Source: Candidatus Micrarchaeia archaeon
GTDB taxonomy: Archaea; Micrarchaeota; Micrarchaeia; CAILAH01
Reading direction: 5' to 3'
Assembly (NCBI GenBank): GCA_038874595.1
Contig: JAVZCB010000002.1
Span: 64,001-128,000, forward strand
Length of the DNA stretch: 64,000 bases
Part shown: piece after piece, positions 26,755 through 36,900 of the stretch
How the letters are laid out: each line of letters opens with the position of its first letter
Numbering within the stretch: position 1 is the first letter of the stretch
The notes under the pieces: generated by a model
Seen by the model: only the letters and a program-made list of their open reading frames with translations
Told to the model about the DNA's origin: nothing
The model's database searches: none
Translations under genes and position numbers: made by a program

Positions 26755-28494
26755 CTACCTCTTTCTCTTAGCAGTCTCGTGCTCCTCTGCCTGCCCGCCC
26801 CTCCTTGTAGCAAAATATATCACCACTATCAGGAGAATTATCACTAATATTATTAAGCCAATCATCAGCGGGTCTATGCCTTTATCACTTGCAATACGCT
26901 GGAGTGGTACTACTGACTCTTTTGTTTTTTGCAGGAACCCTTCCCTTGCACCATATTTGAGTGAGACCTTAACTTCTTTGTTCGCCTCCAAATCAGAAGG
27001 GGATAAGCTAGCTGGCAGTGTTACCACAGTAATTGAGCCTACTGGCACTTTGGTTGTGGCTCCACCCTTTAATGTTGTTAAGCTTCCGCCCATAACAAGA
27101 GATACTGATGCCTGCACGTACGCATCCTGCTCGCCTGTGTTCTTAATGCTTATTCTTAAATCGCCATCTTTATATGAGACACCTGCAACGTCAACATCTG
27201 AATTATCCATAAACGAATACGTTGCAATATCAATTGACTTTGCAGTAAACGCTGTAAGGGATTTTGGGGTTTCCCCATATCTTACTATAACATCACCGGT
27301 AATCTTACCCTCCTCAATAGATGGCAATTCATAATCATACTCAAGCCCTTTCGTCTCGCCGCGCTCTATGAGTAAGGGTTTCGTGTCTCCCAGCACTTTC
27401 AGCTCAGTATCGTCCTGTTTTATGTGTATTTCTGTCTGGTAATATTCCGGCCCTTCTGCCTTGCTTGTGATTTCAAGCTCGATTTTGCCAGTCGCCTTGT
27501 TGTATTTCAGGGAATCTATACTCATCCCAAGGACGTATGAGGGGACCGGGAAAATATCAAGAGGGAATGTGCCCTGGGTGCCAGGCACTGACTGCCCAAA
27601 CTTTACTATTACAGCAATTGATTTGTCGCTACCCTCGCTCTGCAGCTGGGCCTGCACTCTTTTCTTGAGATCATATGCCGGGTTTATGAGATTGCTGCCT
27701 ATAAGGATATATGAGCCCAGCTTGCCCGTGCGGGCATTTTCAAGCACAAAATCATAGGTAGAATCTGCAATTATAGGTGATATCAATACCACTGGAAGCG
27801 TGCCATCAACCATCCCCTCTTCTATAAACGTGCCATCGGACATTATCGCCTGCTTAACACCGTGCTCATTTACCATTTTTGAAACCAATTCAACGTTATC
27901 CTCATACTTGTCTTCCCCTTTGCCTATTACAGTTGGGGAGTACTTCTCTAGCTTCTTTCTTGTTGCTGAATCTACATATCCGAAAATTGTTACTTGCGGC
28001 GAATCCTTCCTATCAAGAAATTTGACAACATTATCAACGTTTCCACTATACGCAAATATGACGTAAGATTTTGTCATTTTTGCATATGAAATCACTGAGA
28101 TTGCATTCTGGCCAAAAGAAGGGTCTATTATTATGAATTTGTTTACTCCTGACTTCTCTGCAAGGTCCAGGTTTGTCTTAAACCCATCTGCGGATACACT
28201 GTATAAAGTTACCTTGTTTGATTTTCTCAGCTCATTTTCAAGGAATGTCGTAACTGGGGTGTTTGCGGATTGTATAAGCAAAATATCCCTGCCTGAACCT
28301 ACCTTGGCTGCTGTAAGCTGATAGTTACCATTAAACGGCATAAACCGTGCGCCTATACCTATTGCGTTTGCATAGTAAATGCCTGATAATACATCAAGGC
28401 CGCTTTTTGAGTTTATAACAACATAATTCTCTGCAAACGCGAGCGGAAATGCAAACAAGAGCAACATCAATACAGCATGCTTGCTTATCATCAT
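26755..28494 (-). CDS. Exported membrane-anchored protein with cell-wall-binding-2-like alpha/beta repeats and Ig-like domains
   Basis: Signal peptide; SADGFKTNLDLAE and GEDKYEDNVEL resemble the CWB2 GxDRYxT motif; C-terminal TM followed by RRGG. Confidence 0.6.
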   Translation of the reverse strand: MMISKHAVLMLLLFAFPLAFAENYVVINSKSGLDVLSGIYYANAIGIGARFMPFNGNYQLTAAKVGSGRDILLIQSANTPVTTFLENELRKSNKVTLYSVSADGFKTNLDLAEKSGVNKFIIIDPSFGQNAISVISYAKMTKSYVIFAYSGNVDNVVKFLDRKDSPQVTIFGYVDSATRKKLEKYSPTVIGKGEDKYEDNVELVSKMVNEHGVKQAIMSDGTFIEEGMVDGTLPVVLISPIIADSTYDFVLENARTGKLGSYILIGSNLINPAYDLKKRVQAQLQSEGSDKSIAVIVKFGQSVPGTQGTFPLDIFPVPSYVLGMSIDSLKYNKATGKIELEITSKAEGPEYYQTEIHIKQDDTELKVLGDTKPLLIERGETKGLEYDYELPSIEEGKITGDVIVRYGETPKSLTAFTAKSIDIATYSFMDNSDVDVAGVSYKDGDLRISIKNTGEQDAYVQASVSLVMGGSLTTLKGGATTKVPVGSITVVTLPASLSPSDLEANKEVKVSLKYGAREGFLQKTKESVVPLQRIASDKGIDPLMIGLIILVIILLIVVIYFATRRGGQAEEHETAKRKR

Positions 28495-28680
28495 AACACC
28501 CCTACACACTGTTTCTATTCCCTATTTTTATTACATTACTATAGCGTAATATTATATAAAGGAATCATACCTGCAGGAAATTGCCGTAGCAGGAATATAA
28601 TACCATAATACCGGCTTATTAATAGCACGCTCTTTCCAGGATACGTGCATCAGCGCATTAATGGATAATAAGAAGAAATG

Positions 28681-28700
28681 CAAAAAAGAAAGAAAAGAGG
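28681..28700 (-). terminator. Oligo-T archaeal terminator after the 224-aa gene
   Basis: Minus strand reads CCTCTTTTCTTTCTTTTTTG immediately after the stop codon. Confidence 0.55.
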
Positions 28701-28708
28701 TTTCCAGC

Positions 28709-29383
28709 TTATGCGAGCTCTGCGTAGAAGTAGTATGTGGTCAGGCCTGTATCTGGCGTTGTTGGAACCATCAGCTCATAGTGTGCTGGGTTGCCAAGGT
28801 AGTTGTTGCCTGTTGCGTTTGCTGCTACGCAGAATGCATAATTTGTTGTGTCTGTAATTGCACAGGTCCTGAATGTATCTGCTGCATTGTTGCCTGTGTC
28901 AACTGCTGGAGCACTGTTAATAGCACCCTGGCCTGCAAAGTTCAGTGTGCATGTCCCGGTAAGTGTGTTGGTTGCGTTGTCTGCCGCATTACCTAAGTTA
29001 TAGAATGAGTTGACGCCTGCAGCAGTTGCAGCAGCTGCACCAAGGAAATTGAATGCACCACTGTTTGATGCACATACATAACCACTGTTAATCGTGGTTA
29101 CAGACCACCTGTAAACATAGTTTGTTGTGCTGCCTGCAGCAGAGGTTAAGTAAATCGTACCTGTCAGGTTTCCAAAGAAGGCTGCCCACCTGTCAGTTAA
29201 TGATGTTGCTGAGAGGTTCAGGTCTGAGATGTTACCACCTTCAATGGATATCCCCTGTGCTATCGCACTGCCCTGCCACCTAGCATAATAGCTTTGGGTG
29301 GAGTTGGTTGCGTTGTATGGTGTTGCGAACGCGAGGCCGAACACCATCAATACTCCAAACATGGCCATGTATCGCCAATTCAT
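28709..29383 (-). CDS. Small secreted Ala/Thr/Asn-rich protein, candidate major filament subunit ('A' domain)
   Basis: Class I signal peptide (..GLAFA|T); EGGNISDLNLS...RWAAFFGN; 4 Cys; ends YYFYAELA. Has its own GGTGA RBS, upstream TTTAAA box and terminator. Confidence 0.7.
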   Translation of the reverse strand: MNWRYMAMFGVLMVFGLAFATPYNATNSTQSYYARWQGSAIAQGISIEGGNISDLNLSATSLTDRWAAFFGNLTGTIYLTSAAGSTTNYVYRWSVTTINSGYVCASNSGAFNFLGAAAATAAGVNSFYNLGNAADNATNTLTGTCTLNFAGQGAINSAPAVDTGNNAADTFRTCAITDTTNYAFCVAANATGNNYLGNPAHYELMVPTTPDTGLTTYYFYAELA

Positions 29384-29553
29384 ATTGTATCACCTGGAAC
29401 GTATTCTGCAGTAAGGTTTAAATATCTTATATGATATTCCTTCCCACAAAGAAGGATATCTATCTGGTAAGAGTTACTGGCGTGAAATGATTGGTATTAA
29501 TAAGTATTTTGGTTGTAGAAAACTATTTATTTTGGGCCTGAGTAAATTACCTC

Positions 29554-30918
29554 ATGAAAACGCTAAAACACTCTAAGATTAATGATATAAAAGAGAACGA
29601 GCTGAAACAGACCTCTAATAAAGTTGAGTTTGCGAGGCTCTTTAAAGATATGCTAAAAGATGAAAATAAAGAAAGCCTGCTCACCAAATTAAAGGAGAAA
29701 GGCAAAAAGGCAATGATCACGCTTATCGCCGTCTCAATGCTTTATACTACTAACATAAACTGCGGTGAGAGTGTTCCACAACCGCCTGTCGTTGAGGATG
29801 CGGTAATAGCAAAGGATGCGTCTCCAAAAGAGGATGCTACTGCTCCAGATGATGTTAGTGACGCTGGGAAGGATGTACTGGAAGATGCTAAAGGGGATGT
29901 AGATGTTGATAGCGGGGTGGGTGATGATACCGCTACGGACGCTAAAGAGGATGTAAATGACGACAGTGGGATTGATGCTGGGGAACAGGTTGATGATGTA
30001 GGGCTTGATGCAGATGATACTATTGATGTTAACTGGCCGGATGCGGGAGTGGATGCTCAGGATGTTCCTGATACGGGTGATACTGGCGAGGTAACAGATG
30101 TATGTACGCCAGGAGAGTGGGAAACAAAAGCTGAGGATAAGAGCAGGGATGATATTTTTATATCAAAAGAAGGTACAAGCATAGGTGTGAATACAACGTT
30201 TAACGTAGAATACGAAACTAACGGCTGTGAAATCAACAATGAACATATAACTCGCATAATATACAAATTTTCACCCTCTATAAACCTAGATAAAATGTCG
30301 CTTTCCCAGGTGCAACTAGGGCTGTGTACAACTATTGATAATTGCGATTTGCTGGAGCTTGAATATCCCGGAGAAACTTCTGCGATAAAGCTGGCACAAA
30401 CTTATGGGTTCGGGCTAGAGAAGGAAATAATATTCGGCATAAAAAGGATTGTTGATAAATCAAATGAGTTTACCGGGTGCCATCCAATCTCACCAAAATG
30501 CTACACAATGAAAGAAACAAATGGTACAACTGAGAGGGATGTTCAGGTATGCTGCTTTGGGAATGGCCAGCAGCCTATCGATTTGTACTATAATAAGGTA
30601 AGGTATAGCGTTGCAACCACAACAGGTGCCACTTGCTTAAGTGCAGATGACAGGTGCTTGGAGCTGCTTACATTTACACCTAATGAAGACATAAGCAAAA
30701 TAAAGTACAGATTTTCCGTTGCCATCGACCAGCCATATATGATGGTTCAAGGAAAAACAATATGCTACGGCGACTCTATGCAGGTACCGCTGGGTAACGT
30801 TACAAAAGAGTGTGTTCCTTTCGAAAAAGATGGTAAAGTTTTCTCTGTGGAATATGTAGAGAAAGATGCAAATGGGGATATCAATAAAATCGCAATGAAG
30901 GTAAACAACAAGGAATAG
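29554..30918 (+). CDS. Putative lipoprotein/membrane-anchored protein with Asp-rich DA(G) low-complexity linker and Cys-rich C-terminal domain
   Basis: ~50-aa charged leader, hydrophobic stretch ending NCG, then repeated DA/DAG/DSG/DTG units. Confidence 0.65.
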   Translation: MKTLKHSKINDIKENELKQTSNKVEFARLFKDMLKDENKESLLTKLKEKGKKAMITLIAVSMLYTTNINCGESVPQPPVVEDAVIAKDASPKEDATAPDDVSDAGKDVLEDAKGDVDVDSGVGDDTATDAKEDVNDDSGIDAGEQVDDVGLDADDTIDVNWPDAGVDAQDVPDTGDTGEVTDVCTPGEWETKAEDKSRDDIFISKEGTSIGVNTTFNVEYETNGCEINNEHITRIIYKFSPSINLDKMSLSQVQLGLCTTIDNCDLLELEYPGETSAIKLAQTYGFGLEKEIIFGIKRIVDKSNEFTGCHPISPKCYTMKETNGTTERDVQVCCFGNGQQPIDLYYNKVRYSVATTTGATCLSADDRCLELLTFTPNEDISKIKYRFSVAIDQPYMMVQGKTICYGDSMQVPLGNVTKECVPFEKDGKVFSVEYVEKDANGDINKIAMKVNNKE

Positions 30919-30944
30919 AAGATTTGCTTTTCACTTTTATTTGA

Positions 30945-33900
30945 TTACTCCAGTTCTATATATATAGTTATTGTGTTCCCTGCGCCTTCATATGTTGCGA
31001 GGGTATACGGAATCATTGCAGCGTACATATACTCACCGTACGTGTCAGGTTCTGGGGAAGGACTTGCCTTGACTGCCCATACCGTGGATTGTGTGCCTGA
31101 ATACTCACTACCACCATCTGATGTGTCCCATAATATACCTGTCTTGAATTGTGTTGGTCGTAGTGATGAGTTTGCAACGGGGACGTTTTCAACTGTCCTC
31201 TTGTAGATTGCATAACTGTCTGTCTCTTTTGGAATCGTCCCATCAATTGAATATGTCTTGTTTATATTATCTGGGAATGATGTACTTGAAAATGCCGTGT
31301 CAAGCTCAATGAAATCGTTAGAGCTCGCTCCACCGGAAGTATCCCTGCCTATTGCCTGAAGCGCTTGCCAATCAATTATCGAATCACCATCTGCAAAGTA
31401 CACGTTAACAGCCTTTGCATCATTCCACTTGTAGACATATCTTGAAAGCCCTCCTTCACTGTCTGTCAGATAAATGCTCCCATTAACATTTCCAAAAAAT
31501 CTCTGCCAGAGGCCTGAGCACGAGAATTCACAACCATAATGGTTATTCTCGGCCCACTGGTACCAGTAGTCACAGTAGTCTTTCTGGCCGCTGCTTGATA
31601 TCATTCCGTTAATATAGTTGTTTTCAATATCCATGTTATCATTAAAGCATATGTAGTTGCTTGAAAGTGTATAAGTGAGGCTGTTCTGGTCAAGATAGAT
31701 TCCCTTAACGGTGTTTCTTGATATATTATTACCACTTAGGAAAATGGTGTTGCTGTTCACTGAATTTATACCGTACGTGTTTGAAACTACTGTGTTGTTG
31801 TTTGCGTAAACACGTACTGAAGAGATAATATAGACACCCCCATACAATGCGCTCGGATTCCTGATGTAATTAAACTCAATGAAGTTATCCTCGCTTACTC
31901 CAAGGAAGTGCACTCCAGAATACTTGTTGTCAATAAAGGTGCTGTTTGCAATCAGGTTATATCCTGTACCATCAAGCATTACACCGTGTTGTGTATTATT
32001 ATATGAGCTTACATTAACCAACCTGTTATTAGTACCACCAATTAAAAGATATCCGGAATATGAGTTATTGTATGACTTGCCGCCGGTTACATTATTATAT
32101 ACGGCCCCATTCAGGATAAAACCATACTCACCGTTAAGGTAGGCGGTATTATTATTTAGAGCATTATAACTGCTCTCAAAAACATCAAATCCATTCTTGG
32201 TGTTTGAATACATCGTGTTGTTTATGATGTTTGATCTGGTTGACATATAAACAAGTACCCCATCAGGATTGTTGTTGTAGCCAATGTTATTTCTCATTGT
32301 ATTGTTATCAGACTGATAAATTACATAACCTGCGTATGCACCGCTACCACAGTTATATACCGTATTATTCTCAAAGATGCTATGGTTTGATGAGTTCGTT
32401 GCAATACCAAACGCAGAGTTGTTTATTACATTCCTGTATGCAACGCTGAGATTTCCAAGCTCATAGACTATTCCACCGCCGAACACCGCAAATGAAATCC
32501 TGTTGCTTGAAACATTGATACGGCTGCTGTTGTATACATTGGTTGCGTGAGAATAGCTCAAGGACATGTTGTTTTCAGAAATGTTTGAGGTGGCTGAATT
32601 CCTGAGCCGTATATGCTCATAATTCATCCTGAAAACGTTCTCCACCACTGTTATATTTGAAACAAATTCTGCAAGAATGCTTTTTCCATTGTTTGTTGTA
32701 TGGTTCTCAAATATGTTGTTTTTAATGAGATTGTTACCGCTTTCTACCATGTGTATGCCGTAATATGAATTGTTTGCAATTTTATTGGAACCAATGAAGT
32801 TATTCTGTGAATTGCTCTGGAAAAGCATCCCCTCCTGGTTTAAGCGCACTGTGTTGTTTGTGATAATCGTAGATTCTGTTCCGTATATGAGCATGCCTGC
32901 ATTTGAATTTTGCGTCACGTTATTCAGTATAATAGATGAATTCCCACAGTAGGATAATGTAATACCGTATGAGTTGTTATATACGCTGTTCCCGTATATC
33001 GTCTGATTCCTTGATGGGTAGAAGTAGAGGCCGTGGCCCTGGTTCCTGTACACCTTATTAAGCATTAATGTGTTGTTGCTTGAGGCAGTCAAAACACCGT
33101 CCCCATAATTGTGGTGGATTGAGTTGTTGTATATATAAGAGTATGGAGACCTGTCACCTATAAGTATCCCAAATTGCGAATTGTTGTATATGTCGTTTCC
33201 ACTCAAGTTTGTATACATAACAGATAGTACAAGGTTGTATGAGTGGATTATCATCCCTCCCTGGCCGTTAAACGAAACATTATTCTGTAGTATTTTGCTG
33301 TTGTGGCTATCCCTTATAATACTAATGCCTGCCGCTGTGTTCCTGGTAAATGTGCTATTCCTGATTACGTTATCTGTACTACCATCCCTAAGAACAATAC
33401 CATTTTGCGAGTTAAATGACGCTATGCTGCTATTTATAATATTCTGGACACTGCCTATAAGGTAGAACCCATCGTATGAATTGTTGGATGAATTATATAA
33501 CGTAAAGTTATTGTTGTTTGAGTATTCAATGCGCACGCCATATGAATTATTAGATGATTTACCTCTTATTATCTTGTTAGAGTTGCTCGCGTAAATATAG
33601 AAGCCATAAAGATTTGAATATGCGGTATTGTTTGTGAAATTATTATATTGTGAAGATATATATGCCCCTAATCCTGCAGCTGAGTTGTTGTAGAGAGTAT
33701 TATTCTCAACGTTATTGTAATTTGACATATAAGCTAGTAATATTCCAAACTGAGAGTTGTTGAATACTGTATTGTTATGTATGAAATTCCCAGATGCCAA
33801 GTAAGTCGTAACACCATGAGTGTAATTTTGCACCTTACAATTTCTCACCGTAACATTCTGCCGGTTTGCATCCACAAGCACACCTATTGAACCATCTATT

Positions 33901-36900
33901 GAATTTGTACCGTTATTCCTAACAGAATACCCCATACAATCAAACACAACGTTTGATGAGTTAATCTCAACACAGACCGCAATCTGTTTGTTAATGTCTG
34001 ATAGGTATACTGTATAAGGCGCCCCTGTGATGTTGTTATAAAGAACATAAGAGCCACTGCTGCTTATCTTAAAGCACTCACTATCGTTTCTCTGCAAAAT
34101 ACCGTACTCACTTAATGGAACCACATCCCTTAAGGATAGGAAATTTGACACTGTGTCTGGTGTGTTATTCAGCAAAACCCAGCCGTGGGTTGTATTATAT
34201 TTCCAAAGCTCAAGCTTCTGCTCCTTATAACCAACTGTCTCTGAATCAGCCCAGTGCCATTTTATGCTATCAATGGAAGGTGTCCCTTCAATGGGGGATA
34301 TCCTCAAATATTTGCCCCTGAAGGAAGACCTTTGTGTCGGCAAAGATGCTGGCTGTGACGTCCAATTAATTACGTAAGATGTGCCTGCATCTATAACATC
34401 ACTAAGGTATATTCGTGTATAGTTCACATAATTGCCGAGCGGGTTGTCTATTGATGTGTTGGTAATGTTTATTACAAACCCTGAAAATGTGCTATTAATG
34501 AAAATATCATAGCTGTTGTTGTATATGTGCTCATTTGAAACTATGGAGTTATTCTGATTCTCAAACACATACCCAACTATTGAGCTTGAATGTAACGTAT
34601 TATTGGCCAGGCTTGTGTTAACTGACCCGCTAATAGATGCTCCAACAGGATTTAGGTATATTGAGTTGTTTGCAGCATCGTTGTTGTTTGCCCTCAAAAA
34701 TAACATGCCTGCCATCCTATTGGCGTATAACCTATTGCCAAAGATGTTTGTATTGTTTACCCTGTCAAGGGATATTGCAACATAAGCATTTGTAATGTTA
34801 TTGAGCCAAATCGTGTTATTGAGGCTGCGTGTCAGGTCTATACCATTCACAGCCGTTCCTGAAATATTGTTTGCAATTATCGTTATGTTGTATGCATAAT
34901 AATTAACTTCTATCCCATGATAATTGCAGTTGTAGATTTGGTTATGTAATAAGAGATTGCCATTGCTGTTATACATGAATGCCACACAATCATAAGTTGA
35001 GTTATATATTGAGTTGTAAGAAATGTTATTGTAGTTAGACTCATTCACAAAGACTAAAAACGAGCTATTATAAAGAGAGCTATTTACAAGCGTGTTATTA
35101 TTTGACCTGATTAAAGCAAAGCTTACATTTACGTTGTGCCTTGCAGTATTATTCGCGAACTTGTTATTTGAGCTCCTATAAATAAAGAACCCGAACTGCC
35201 TGTTGCGCTCTGCGGTGTTGTTTACTAAAGTATTGTTATTGCTGCCTATCTGTATTGTGCTCTCATAATATACATTAAAGCCACCAATAGAATTGTTATA
35301 GGCTAGATTATTACTCACGCTGTTGTTCTGAGAAGACCCTATTGCAAACCCATACTGTGTGTTATTGTATGCTATGTTTGATGTGATGTTGTTGTATGAG
35401 CTCCAAGTGAAATCAAAACCATCTTTTGAGTTAGTATAAACTGTGTTGTTATGGATAGTATTATTCCTACCCTTATAAAACACACAACCCTCTTTTTTGT
35501 TGAGGTATATAACATTCTTTATAATACGGCTGTCATTAAGATTGCTCGAGTAGAAACCATCCTCAAAGTTGTCAAAGAATATGTTGCTATTAATCTCAAC
35601 ATTTCTTGAATCCAGAACTCTGGCACCGTATCCAAAATTCTGGCTGAAGGTGTTGTTTACTATTTTTGAGGATGTCACTTGCGATACATAAATCCCATCA
35701 TTGTTATTCTGCCCGCTGTTGTTTGTTATAATTATGCCATCTGCATTGTTAACGAAAATACCACCATATATTTGAGTGTTATAAACTTGGTTTTTAGTTA
35801 TGTTTATGCTGTTTGCCTCACTATATATACCTATTCCTGCATAAGACCAGTCAACCGTATTGTTTAAGATATTGCTGCTATTGACCCTGTAAACAAGAAT
35901 GCCGGCACCATCTGTAGAATAATTAATTGTATTGTTAGATATTAGAACATCTCTTGCCGTGCTTACAAATATTGAATGTGATTCCGAATTGTTTAACACA
36001 AGGCCTGAGAGGGTTATGTTCCTTCCAATATATACATATGCATTGAACTGAGAATCTTCTAATGTGGAATTTAACAGCTTAGTCAAATTTGAGTTGTAAG
36101 ATACATAGTTATAATCATAACCATCTACCTTACAGTTTGATACTGTAACATTCGTTACGGAGCCGTTTATAAGCATGCCGAACGAATCCTGCACACCGCT
36201 GTTTTTGATTGAATACCCTTCACAATCAAATATCACGTTTGATGCAGTAATCTTCACACATGCATAACCGCTGAATGGGTCTGCTGCGTTTGGAGCACCA
36301 GTATAATTTGAGTCCATCAGATACGCACCGCTCTCATTTATTATGGGGCAGTTTACGCTCTCAAGTATAGTATAATTGGAAAGCGGGATATGATTACTGA
36401 GAGAGAGTGTATTCTGCTGTATGTTGGGGGTGCTATTTAGCAGGTGCCAACCGGTTGAATTGCGCTTCCAAAGCTGCAGGCGGCCCTCATCATAGCCGGA
36501 TACTTCACTATCTTTCCATTGCCAGGAAATGCTATCTATAGATGGCGTTCCTGAAGCAATTTTAATATCAATAACCTTGTTCCTGAAAACCCTCTTCATC
36601 TTAGGTAGGGTTATTCCATTGAGAGAGCTCCAGTTTATGTAGTAAGATGCGCCTGCATCATAATTGTCAGTGAGGTTTAGTGTTGTGTAATTTACAAAAT
36701 TGCCGAGGGGGTTATCAATAGTAAGGTTATTTATGCGAATGTAGCTGCCTGAAGAGATGCTGCCAACATAGAAATCATATGAATTGTTGAAAAGATGGGT
36801 ATCGTTTGCTGTTAGTGCTGCTGGTGATTGCAGGAATAGCCCATAGCCAGAACCTGATATTTCATTATTCTTCATTGTTGAAGAGCTACCAGCAGTGAAA

